Assembly: GCA_051362555.1 (NCBI GenBank)
Contig: CM120647.1
Coordinates: 5,270,001 to 5,334,000 of the forward strand
Origin: Lingula anatina
Lineage: Eukaryota > Animalia > Brachiopoda
Length of the DNA stretch: 64,000 nucleotides
Direction: 5' to 3'
The stretch's first letter is position 1, and every line of letters starts with the position of its first letter. A program made the translations under genes and the position numbers. The notes below the pieces were generated by a model. The model was not told the origin of the DNA and did no database searches. It saw nothing but the letters and a program-made list of their open reading frames with translations. Shown in pieces: positions 36,114 through 48,669 of the stretch.

Positions 36114-39100
36114 GTGGATTTTTATTTCATTTTGCTACAAGCAATAGCAAATCGATGCCTAACTTTGCTCAGTTTTCTGTATCGTGATAGAAAATATAGA
36201 GAGAATGGTTTCGGAATTCTTTCAACCGTGAGCGAGTCCATTGAGGCAAAGACTTGTCTTACTGGGCTTACTTTGTATTTCTGGGTCTGACTTTAGAAAG
36301 ATTTAACCTATGTAATCTGTGCTACCCAAATTGCTGCTGTCGTTTTAAGTGACAACTGATGAGCACCCTAGAATAGGGGCTCGTCCAGGTGCATGCGCTA
36401 TGTACCCTGTGCTATATTTCTGAACATTTAACTGTAGAACAAAGAAATAGAAAGGTCGTTGGAAATGGTGTTTTTTTATGAAAAGAGATAAACATAGCTA
36501 CATATGTACATTTTGCTCGAACGAAATGATAATTTGCAAAGTGTGGGTTATATGTGAATTCGGCTAAATGAATTTGTGAATACAAAATTAAAGTTTTGGA
36601 CTAGAGGAGAATTATACCATTATTTCATTTAATGCATTCAAAATATGATGTCACTTCAGTTTTAAAGGCATAGTGCTTAGCTTTTCTCGTACAATGAAAA
36701 TGTAAATAACCCTTGAAAATGCATATAGCATTGTATTAAGTTAAACAGTTAAGTGTTTATTGCTCCTGAGCATATTCTGGACACCACTTGTCCCCTCTTC
36801 ACATAAAATAAATAAATAAATAAATAAATAAATAAAAATAAACACTCTGGTTTCCTGCCAAAGAGCTTGGATACCAGCGCAATAAAGACCATAAGTCACT
36901 TAGTCTCGTTTCACAAAAAATCTAAAAGGGCACTTACGTAGTTTTTACTTATCTGCTAGTCCACGAAGCTTAGCCTCCTCGGAAGTTGCCTTAAGTCTGC
37001 TAGCACCACTAAAACTCGATTAAGGAGAACACAATCAACAGAACTTTGGAGAGTGCCTATTGTCAATGTATTGTGCTATAATATCTTGAATGTTACTAAA
37101 ATGTATTATTATTATTTATTTTGAATTTACTAAATATATTGCAACATCTATCGCGGGTTTGTTAATGCTTTGGACCGTTAGATGTCCGATGGCAACGTTC
37201 CAAGATAAGTTAACGCTTTACAGTTACTTTAACGTTATTCTTTCCTCACGCGATACGAAAATTTGACACATTAAGTGTGGTAAATGGTATACGTTTCTCA
37301 ATTCTCGCTTCTTTTAGCAAAACTATGAACAAGATTTTACACTCGGAAATGGTTGGAAGCGATGTCCAGGGACAGCTGAAAGCATAAATGTTATACTGCT
37401 TGTGGCATGTTTTCTCACAAATTCAATCTTTTTTACAAGCTTATTTAGGCAGTGTTGCAATGAATGCAAACAATTTTACTTATGGTTCTCACACTTACAG
37501 AAAAGAGTCAAAGAGTTTCAACACAGTTTGAGTTAAAAAAAAAAAAAAACAGTTTCATCCATTCTTTTTTTCTCCGGAAACAATGGTTTTGATGGACTAA
37601 TTTTCATTATTTTAGAGCCCATCACTCCATAGGCGCTGAATAACTGTAAAATGTCAGAAATACATTTCAATTACAGGTTTTAAAACCCTGTTCTCTGTTA
37701 TAGTATACTCTGTACTGAGGCAACCGTCATTTTTCACCCTGAAACCGTTAATAGAAGCACATAGCTTTTACATCTATAGTCGTTTGTTTGTACTTAATGC
37801 GGGTGTACATAAAGTTGGAAAACCGTGGATCACTCAACGTTGTTGCTTTTCTCTTTTAAGAGAATTAAAATTCTTTTCATCTGTAGAAGCGGATCGAATG
37901 GGTTATGTGTTTCAGATATTGCATTGTTAAAAATCAAATTATCATATTATTGATAATACCAATAATCCAAAACCAACGGAGCTTGCAGAGGGCGCAACTA
38001 TAAGAGGAGGAAGGGGCCAATGAGAGGGGGAGAAGATACGAGCCAGTTCCTTGCCGATATATTTTGTTGGCAACAACTAACCTAGTTCGAAATAATATTA
38101 TCACAAATTGGAAAAATATCATTGCTGACAGAGTATATGGGTGTTGATATAAACCTTTGCATATAACAGTATTAAGGATTTACAGTCAAATCTTAATTTG
38201 CTCTAAGTTTGTTTATCGATGTCTATCATTTATTTTTAATGTGCTGAAAATAGATGCACAATGTTTTTTCTTGGAAATTGAAGAGGAGGTCGTGCTTGTT
38301 GGAAGTCGCGTTGATGATAGAGCATAGGGGTGTTAAAGGATTCTGGTGACGTAAAATCCATTTCTCGAATTTTGAAGATTTAGCACACAATCTATACACA
38401 AGAGATATGTTTTAATCGATCCCAGCCATTTAAAAAAGTATAAAAAACAACATATTAGTAGAACAAAAGCGTTTTAGTTAACCCTCAGTTTGCAATAATG
38501 AAGCAACAGATCTGGAGCATGTGGACATAGACTATAAACGTCTTTGAGACTCAGCTGAGCTGCATGCTGAATACCGACAGATAATTTTAGGATAGTTGTG
38601 TTGTGGGGGGTTGGGCAAATTTAAAGATAATTACCCCCTAACAGCTATACTAGGCGTGACAGACATTTAAGCCGGTTACGTTGATAGCAATTTAGTGAGA
38701 CTCCCCAGGGAAATAGATTGATCCAAATATCTGTGGGGATAGTCCCTAAAACGGCTAATTTACGAAGTTGGTGCCCTATCCCAGGCAACACATTTTCGAT
38801 TCAATTGAAGTCTCTCTGGAAGAATTTGAAACCAATAATATTAAGGTCTTTTTGAGTCTTGTTGCCTGGGCGTCCTCGTATGCTTTCTTAGCGAAATATA
38901 TATATATATATTTTAATCAGCAGTGCATGAAACTCAGGTAAAGTCTGTGCAAGGTAACATTGTACAAAGGGACACATAGTAATTCTACATGATATTTACA
39001 AAGATTGTCCTTCTATGAGCTCCAGTACAGCAGTCGCGGCAATCAGTTGTAAATGTTTATCTACTGGGACATGGTTTTAGCTCGTTTGGTAAATGGTGAC

Positions 39101-39699
39101 GCGTTTTTTAACATTAGATTGAAAGCTGCATCACCCCCCCCCCCTCCAGATGAGATGTCTATCATTTATTTAAATGTGTTGAAAATGGATGCAAAATGGT
39201 TTTTCTCAGAAATTGGTGTAGAAGCCTACCGTTGATGACAGAGCATAGGGGTGTTAATCGACCGTTGCCTTTTAATTTCCATCGCATTAGCATACAGGCG
39301 CTTCGAATAAGGTCATATACTACAGTAAGTGTAATATCTTAGAGGCAGATGGCTTACTAGTACAATGGAAAGATGAGGGATTTTTTTATTTTTATTTTCT
39401 TTCTAGTTTAGAAATTGATGTCAATTCAATTTGTGGAGGGTTAGTGCTTGGCATTTCCTGTGTAATAAAAATCTTAATAACCCTTGTAAATAATTGTAGC
39501 ATAGTTCAAGATTTAAGAGTTATATTTCATTTGCTCCAGAGAATATTCTGGGTACTACTAGGCCAATTTTATTTACTTTAAACAATCAATGTAAGGTCGT
39601 TTTTTTCTTCATCTTTTCGGCAAAATTAATGTCGTTAATACAGGGTTACCACTTAGTATGGAATATTATTTTTTGGCGAGTAAATTCTCTACAAACTAT

Positions 39700-41050
39700 T
39701 TAATTTCTCTCTTACTACTTTAAATCCAAAGCTGAGGTGTCACTCCATGTGTAGCCAGGTGTGTTACCTAATTACCACACAACTCTAGAAACAATTGAGG
39801 CATGCAGTTGCATGTTCTATGGTCAGAAATGTGAGGGGTCGTCTTTTCGGCAATTTCTGCCCGTGTATAAAAACGCATGGGTTTGGTCAATCTTTGGAGT
39901 GTGTTTAGAGAAGCAACAAAGAGATCGCTCTGAAACTTGACAGGTACCTTAGAGAAGATATGGTTCGACAGCGAAGCAATGCAGCTTACTATGGGATTCT
40001 TGCTGTCAGAGAAAATGGCCAGAAACGGACAGCCATTGCCAGGTAATTCAACATTTATCAGAAACCGTTTGTGATGTCCTCCAAAGAAATGCTGCAACAG
40101 GGACACCTACTCCAATACCTCGACCTGTCCGTCCGCGTATCACACCAAGAAGACAGGATCGCCTTTTCCTTAGAGGACGCCGTGCTGGTCATACAAAGAC
40201 AACTAGTGTCCTCAGAAAAGAGAGGCAGAATGTCATCCAAACGCCCGTTTCAAGGTCCCTCGTGAACAAGAGATTACTGCAATCCGGTTATTTTGCACGA
40301 AGGCCAGTAGGGAAACCACTGTTAACAGCAGGTCATATACAGCGACGTCTGCAGTGGGCTGGGGACCACGTGCGTTTGCAGCCAAAACACTGGAATCACG
40401 TCGTTTTCAGTGATGAGACCAGATATGGATTTTTAGGGTAGATCTTCGAATCCGTGTCCACCGACGTGTACGAGGGGCATAAAACGATTATTGTGTACTA
40501 CCTAGGGTGCAAGCAGGGGATGGTAACGTCTCTTTTTGGGGAGCATTTCATGTCGGTGCCCAGAACCAGTTGGTTTTTCTAGGAGGCAACCTCATCCAGG
40601 ATTCCTACAGAGACATTCTACAGCAAACAATGCTTCGATTGGTAAGAGACATCTTCAGGAACAACTTTGTGTACCAAGACGACTGCGCAACCCCACATCG
40701 AGGCCACAGAATCACTGTTTTTCTTCAAAACCAATGGGTTCAGCAACTGCCTTGGCCGGCAAACTATCCAGATATGAACCCAATTGAAAATCTGTGGGCG
40801 GAAGTAACTCACATACTTAATGGCTATGGTCCTCGGCCGGTAAATGGTGATGAACTGCGACAGGCAAATATCACTGCGTGGAATGATATCCCCACCAAAA
40901 CTCTAAAAAACGTGTCACAGGGCATGCCACGTAGGATGAGGGCGCTGCAAGCGGCTGCTGGAGGTCATACCCGCAATTACTGACTTTTCATGATTTCCTG
41001 TAGTGAGTTCTTTGAGTGTGTAACATATCACTGTCCGGAGGCTATCATTT
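39700..41050 (+). mobile_element. Degenerate Tc1/mariner element, transposase pseudogene ~39878-40983
   Basis: VVFSDETR, FWGAF, FVYQDDCATPHR, WPANYPDMNPIENLW, MPRRMRAL..A.GGHT motifs; frameshifts upstream. Confidence 0.88.
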
Positions 41051-41062
41051 TATCATTTTATG

Positions 41063-41335
41063 ATGTCGTAAAGTCCCCATATACCTTCATAGAGACAATA
41101 AAATAGAGTAAGCTTGTGAAACAAGATTCCACAAATTTAAACATAATAATCGTAATAAAATACTGCCGGGCATCAGAGCAGCCTAAAAATTTGCGCTAAG
41201 CGTGCCAAGTTTTAGGCCGCTCCGATGTCCGGCAGTATTTTATTTCGATTATTATGTTAAAAATTGTGGAATCTTGTTTCAAAAGCTTACTCTAATTTAT
41301 TGTATCTATGGAGGTATATGGGGACTTTACGACAT
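41063..41335. mobile_element. Fully palindromic ~270-bp hairpin MITE
   Basis: ATGTCGTAAAGTCCCCATATACC...GGTATATGGGGACTTTACGACAT; arms pair over ~130 bp. Confidence 0.85.
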
Positions 41336-44300
41336 TCAGTTTGAAGGCTTAAAACACTTGTTATAGTTTATTTTTGCATTGTATTGGATTAATGTGGCAG
41401 TCCAATGTTGTCCTAGGTGGTTTTCAAGTTTATGCACCCGGTTTTAATACCATTTAGTGATTTTACGACAACCGTTTACTATCCAATCAAGGTGACAGCC
41501 GAGCGTGATATAGTGTTACTGTTATGGTGAAAACAGCTGAATTATCTACCTCTGGCTAGGAGTTCAACTCTCTTGATGTACATGTATATAGGCCCTGTAA
41601 AACTGCGCATCCTTGTATAAACTGGACGTGGGTTGCATACATAGTAGCTTAAGCGCACAGTTTATCTGCACGCACCCGTGATGATAATGTAGAATGTGCA
41701 TTTTACACGTGAAGTTCGGTCAGGAGTTGCGAAACCTAATGATTCTGACGATACACCAAGCGTAATAAAATATCAGAAATGCATTTCTGTTATATTCATA
41801 TTCTACGAAAAACTTAAAAACCACGTCCTGAGCTTTAGAGTAAATTATAGTGTGGAATAGAGCGTGACTGTTATTTTTATCATTAAAACAACGACTAATG
41901 GAAACACACAACTGTATAATGGTTGATTGGTATTTTATACGGGTGCTCTTAATTCGAAAAATAGCAGGCAACTCAAAGATCATGATTGACTCTTAGTTAC
42001 CTTTATCTGAAGTAGCAGGATGGTTATTATTGTCTCGGGCTCCCTGTAACATTACGTAGCATTTTACTCGAACATTTTGACGAGTTCCACTCACCAAACA
42101 TTGACCATCCCCAACTGTATAGGCTGGGGCTCAATGTTTAAGAATACGGTACGCTACGCCTCAAATAAGTACCCCAGATTAGTACAAAAATACAGTATAA
42201 AAATGAATAATCTCCCAGGCTAAATGGTTTTCAAGCTAACATAAAACAAGCTTAAAGATGGTTTGTGGTGACCCGAAAGTCTGAATCATACTGGGGACTA
42301 CAACACCCTTATAACAATATAGTCCGCTGGCTTAAGGAAAAAATCGTGACATGGCGGATAAAAACACCAAATTTGGCTCGTAGTTACCTTTGGCATGTAG
42401 TTGACAGTTTAAATCAAATTAGAGCCGTAGCCCTCTAAAACAATTTACCGTTTGGTCGAAAAATCCAAGATGGCCGCCAATTTATGGAATTCTATAGAAA
42501 TATGTACATACCTATGTTTATTTTTATCAAATAAATTGTTTTCTCAGAGTTCTCCACACCCTTATTACCCATTTTAGTCATATATGTCAGATAGCATACA
42601 AGTTCCCTTGGACTTTTTGAAAAAATCCAAGATGGCTGTCATATGCCATAAAAACAGCCGTACAGTCATAAGATTATGTATGTGTGCATTTATTCCATCT
42701 AACGTAAGAAGATTAGATACAATTATAACGTCAGAAAATACAATAGAGGGAGTGTGATAATGATAGGGTCGCTAAACGATTTTGACGGAATATAGTGACT
42801 AGCCTTATCCTCTTGTCGCCTGGGTAGGCACGCCCCCTTAGAGTACTTATGTAAACAAAAGGTCTTCCATAGAGAACTATCCTTTTGTTCAACAGCTTCG
42901 CGCGTGCAGTGGATTATGTATATAGTGACGCTATACAGCTAAATGCAGTTAAATCTGTGAAAGCTGTTACTTAATTTATTCTGCTGTGTCGGACGTTGTG
43001 GGCCAGCCCAATGGTTCATTCACTCATTCTTTTCTGAAGATTGGTGATGCATATTTCGAATGCTTAATTATTTGCCCTCCTTCTAACAAGAGAAAGGAAA
43101 AGGGGAGAGAAACGGAGACAGTGTCAAATAAAAAGGGTAAAGAGTAATATAATACATTAATTAAAGGGACTCGCGGTGGAAGAAACAATAGACTGTTTTG
43201 CATCTAGGTATGCAATTATAATCCCACATGGCCATCGCATATACGGCCGTAGTTTAAATACATTACTCATAGTTGTATTTAATTACATTATTTTGCTGAA
43301 TAGACATACATTTTAAAGTTGGTCTTTCAGGAAATCGTTTTGTTTGAAATAACACACACGACAGAGGTAAAATCACATATAAATTTATTTTGAAATAAAA
43401 TGTTTCGCTAGATCTTGTTAACACTCAGCGAAATGCACCTAGTGATTATATTCAATGTGCCATCATTTAATTGCTTTCTTGGTTTCATTAATTGACGATA
43501 ATAATTGCAGTAAGCAAGAAGGAGGAAATGCTGAAGACAAAACAACGCCGTGGGTATGTGTAACTTTCTCCCTTAACATTTTCTATGATGCTGTCAAAGA
43601 AAAAGGAACCGAGATAGCGATCATTTAAACCGCTGCTGTTTACAGGTGGACTTCTTCGTTTACCATTTAAATGCCCCCCTCCCCCAGCAGACCCAACTTG
43701 AGGAATGCCATTGTAGCTACAGTACACTGTATATCAAACTTCGGTCCAAGTTATGAAATGTTTAAGCACAAAACGATAATTTGAGGGTATTTTTTCATTC
43801 AAGACAAAATTCAATAACTATGATGTGTGACAAAAGAGACTTTACAAAGCTTTACGTGTACTTAGATATATTCCAGTAACCTATGGAGATAGGCTAGCGA
43901 CGTAATTGTAACCTCAACAGGCAGTGTCCCCGATGAAAGCAAGCACCACAATAAACACTGAAAGGCGGGGTACAAAAATTAACTTTTTTAAATATCGATT
44001 ACAACATGCTGTACAATGACTGAGTCGTGAAAGGGGTTTTGGACTTCTTTGCGTTAAAAACAAATTCATTTCGAAATCAAAAGAGCATTTTTTGGGGGGC
44101 GCGTGGGGGGGGGGGGGGGTAAATAGTAACTCATTCCGTAATCCTTCCTGCACATTTATTTAATCGTATCAAAACGTTTGATACACAATGTTCACTAGTG
44201 TCATAATTTTGGCGATGTATTAAAACCATAATTGTACAAAGTAGGTTAGCATAAGTTAGGCAACAACCAGTGTGAAGAACAACTCCCTTTTTAAGTGAGG

Positions 44301-45921
44301 CAAGACAACCTATTCAAACTGATTATAACCTTGATAAAGACACAAGGTAAAGGAGTTATGTAAACTAGCGTGTGAAAACACATTCTTTGTCACTGTTACA
44401 AGACAATGGAGGCGACCAAGTGGGGTAATTACAATATACCCCTGTACAGTCAAAGAGAAATTAGTTATGAAAGCTTACATCAGGTCAGCCCTTAATTTGC
44501 TTGTCCGAAAGAAAGAGATAGATGTCGCAACGCGAATCCTTTTATTAACCCTTTATGAGTTCGTGTAAAAGTGTGAAAGACAGGCAACGATCTCGAGTCG
44601 CTGTTGATATTGTTCGCAATTAATATTGGAGTATACCGCCTACATGTAAACATCAGACAAGGCGTTGAGATCGATAAAAGTGGAGGTTTATCTGAAAAAT
44701 TAGATGCCATTTTTGTGAAATGACTTATTAAGTGATGTGCAGGTACCGAACATGTTTAAATTCTTGATTTTTATTATTTGAAACATCTTCATACACGGTC
44801 TCATATTTATATTTCTCTCAGGCCATACTCATTTTATTGTATAACATGGGACTCTAAAGCACAGGACATTGTGAAAGTCAATTGGCTACAGAGACTTGTT
44901 ATCCTTTATGCAGTTTTATAGCGTGGATGAACTAAAAACAGGCTTTACTTAGCTTTACTTAATTTACGAAAATTTAAACAAAATCAATCTGCAAGGCTTG
45001 CTTTGACTTGATGTTAACCTAACACTGGTTTTAAAAGGAGAAATATAAATATGTTGGATGGTTTAAATCACCGACACCGTTCTATTTTAACTTAACGTGG
45101 TCATATACACTGTAACACAAATAATATTTATAAGTTGTCTGTCGTTCAGCACGCATTATAGGCGAGTAGCCAAACAGTGACGATGATCAATCCAAGTAAA
45201 ATCTAGGCAAGTATTGTTTACAAAATAGATCATGATGAATAAACCTACGCTTTAATAAATAATCACCACACGGTTCTGTTTTTGTCACTTAAAAGCTTTC
45301 GTTTAAAGACGCTCAATGATATCGAAAATGAGTCGACGCTTTAAAAATGGACCGGTTGAAGGGGCATTTTTTGTTTCAGCTAGGGACTTCAGGTAGAGGA
45401 TTCAGTGTAGGTGTTTCCTCGGATGATAACAGCATCACACCCTAGGTCTAAGCGAGTTGACTAGAAGCTTTTTGTCCAAGCATCCTATTCCTACTACTAA
45501 ACTAATAACTCTAAACCACAAAGGTTTGTGCGGTAAAAATATTTAAACTAAATGAGGTGCATTGACAGAGGCACAAGTACAATCCAACGCCAACGTGCAA
45601 CAGGGGAAAGTCTGACAGTGTATTACATAATATATGAAAGTGCGGTCAATATTAACAGTGTAAGACATCAGTTAAAGAGGAAGGGGTCTTACTATCTTTT
45701 GTTAAACGCGACTGTTATTATCTCTCGAACAAGCTTAAAACATGCCTTATACAATTACTGTGTCTCCGGCTGTCGTGCAGAAACGGCATGTCGAACATAT
45801 TTTGCTACAGTTACAAACAGGGAAAACTAGCGACTTAGTTGTTCTAGATCGCTCTAGTAAGAAAGCATAAGTGCGGCGCCCGGGCAAAACAATCAACTAC
45901 CCGGTATAACATTCGTATCTT

Positions 45922-46207
45922 ACCCGCACGAAAATGCAGTAGTATCGAAGTTGCAAAGAAGCATTAACGCAGTAGTGGTGTGGAGCATATTTGCAGTAGA
46001 AATGCAGTATAGCCTACTGCAATTCTACTTCAAAATTTACATAGGGTTGTACAGAGGAGGAGCATTAATGCAGTAGATTAGCAGCATGATAGAATCATGT
46101 TTCAAATATGCTAATGAGCTCCCTACTCGAAGCAGATTTGAAGCATGTTTGCAGTATGATTGCAGTAGTCTACTGCGCTGGAGTATCTACTGCGTTTTCT
46201 TGCGGGT
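45922..46207. mobile_element. MITE with GCAGTAG subrepeats; second copy 51499-51775
   Basis: TIR ACCCGCACGAAAATGCAGTAG / CTACTGCGTTTTCTTGCGGGT. Confidence 0.8.
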
Positions 46208-47460
46208 TAGCGTTTACATATGACGCGCAAAGAGCTAAGTACATATGACGCGCAAAGAGCTAAGCAATTAGCCTTGACAAAGTGGTCCGTTTTTAAACAA
46301 CAACGAGAAAAAAGAACGCCTTGTCATAGTTATGAGACAAATCGCTTGCAACGTGCAACAAGGTGGATGGCTGACAGTGTGGTCACACTACATGTTTATG
46401 AAAGTACGTTGAATTAACAGTCTTCGACAGCGCCCAAAAAGGAGGGACTTACTGTAGCCCTCAATCTATTGTTAAACGCGATCATTATCTTTTCTCATAC
46501 AACCTTAAACAAAACCTAAACAATAAGATTGTTAAATCAGATAAGTTATGTAAAATCATATTGGAAATTTACGTTGACGACGGAGACTTCCATTCGCAAA
46601 GTTAATGAAACAAGACTGGTCCAAGTTAACTGCCCATATTGAATAAATCTTGGACTGTTAAACCTAAAGCCATGCTTCACTTTGGTAATAGTTATTTAGT
46701 AAGCTAGGTTTATTCACATATATCACAAAGCATAACGGCCTTATGCTGCAAACAACCCATTTTGAACGCAATCGTCATCGCTGCCGAACAACCTGAAATC
46801 ATGCCTATACAATATTAGGAGATGCACGTCGAGTAAAAGATTCAACACCTGGGTGCCCAGCACTATTATGAAAAGGAAAAATGACTTGACGTTTCATGCA
46901 CAATCATCATCGAAAGCCTTATATCAATATGCTGCATGCGCAGTCGATTTTTATCAAAATAAAAAGTGTGTTTCATACAAGCAAAATCTAACTTTCCTTA
47001 CTGAACAGCGAAGAGTTACATAAACCCAGTTATAAAATTACAAATGTAATTATGAGGCTAATTTCTCTAATGTGGAATAAAATATTTTGTTGGCATTCAA
47101 ATGGTAGGACACTCACTTTAATCTTAAAAGAAGTTAGTTAATGTGCTCGTTCCCCTAACGCGGTGCCAAAAGGTCCCATCAAATAACCAGATACACATCT
47201 GTCTATACTGGTAACTAGTGAAAATCTGTCTGTGGCCTTTGATAATGGGTAGACACTCACTGCGTTAGTTGCGACAATGAATATTTCTTCACAGTGATTT
47301 ATTCATTTAATTATTAAATCATAATATATCTATTAAATTATTTGAAATAATTTACCTTTTTTTGATGATTTATACCATCTAATTTTTATCTTTTTTATTT
47401 GATTCTTAATGTCATCTAATTATTTACTTAATTCTTTAAATAATTTATCTATTTATTTAT

Positions 47461-47627
47461 CAAGCCCGTAGCCAGCAATTTCAAAGGGGGGGGGTCTTTT
47501 TCTGAAAAAGTGGACCTTTTACCGAAAAATCCCCATGTACTTATGTCAAATTTTACCCAGAGTGGAGCTTTTTTCAGCAAAAGGGGGTTCTTTCGAACCT
47601 CTTGAACTCCCCCTGGCTGCGGGCCTG
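47461..47627. mobile_element. Short MITE
   Basis: CAAGCCCGTAGCCAG...CTGGCTGCGGGCCTG flanked by TTTATTTAT on both sides. Confidence 0.7.
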
Positions 47628-48669
47628 TTTATTTATTTATTTATTAAGATTTTCTATTATTATCCTTTTACGGATTCGCTCTATTATTTTATATAAAATG
47701 TAACTTAATGTCAGCTTGTAATGTGAATAAATTGTTTTAATAATGTATCTTTCTTTGTTATTTCTAAACAGTAATCTATTTTTACACAGGTCGCGATGAT
47801 GAAAATTTGTGTACGGAGCATCTTTTAACTTTTTGAGACGGAGGGATTTGTTGATCATGCTGATGTACGATGCTGATGCATGTTTATCAAATTCAATTTT
47901 TGACCACAGAACACTTCATATTGAATTAAATAGCTGATACCAAATTAAACTAGCAGTTATCTTGCAACACTTAAAACATGATCAGCTGCGCGTGCCAAGC
48001 TAGTGAACATAAGGATAGGTGGCCACGGGAGTGGCACGGGTTAGCATGGGTTCTAGCATCTTAAAGCTATAATCCTATCGCCGCAACAAACAATGGGCAC
48101 TTTCTGGCTGATGTATCCTGCTGTTAACTACACCTAGTCACAGCGGATTGTCGCGCTCGCGCTGGACCACAGAAACAGGCGTCATGGGGTTCACTCGCAT
48201 AAGGTATTGTGTGTTATTACGCCTAAACTATTGTGTTTTTGCGTTCGAATTTTGAAGGGATTAGACGGCTTAACATTGTTTGTCCGCCCCCTTCTATTCA
48301 CAGGATAGGGATTAAAACATTCTGACGCTTTTAAAACGTCGTACAACGGAAACATAATTATTATTTCTACTGTAGGAATACTAGTGCACAACTAATGCCA
48401 GCTAGAAAGATACGTTGTCCACAATCAAATTAAGTCTGTTTCTCAGATTTTTGTAAACCAACATAATGTGTTTGTGGTGAGTAACTACGAAGTGTTCTTG
48501 GGCATTTTGGAAAATCCAAGATGGCTGCCATGTGCCACAGGAATTCTTAGGGATTCCACTAATGGCAACTGGAAAGATTAATTTTCCACTATCAAATCAA
48601 GTTTGTTTCTGAGTGTTTTCCACATCCTTTCCATCCACACAGTATGTTTGTGTTGAGTAACTAACATGT

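Larger units (their letters stand above)
42663..48372 (-). mobile_element. Non-autonomous 5.7-kb DNA element, copy 2, TA-flanked, nested in an AAAATCCAAGATGGC-repeat element
   Basis: TA|CAGTCATAAGATTATGT ... ACATAATTATTATTTCTACTG|TA; host pieces at 42333-42662 and 48375-48670. Confidence 0.7.

Noticed and set aside
41530-41680. B-box-like GGAGTTCAACTC suggesting a tRNA or SINE
   Set aside because: No cloverleaf or properly spaced A box seen
46215-46264. 25-bp tandem duplication next to a MITE end
   Set aside because: Both copies lie on one side, so not a TSD; simple local duplication
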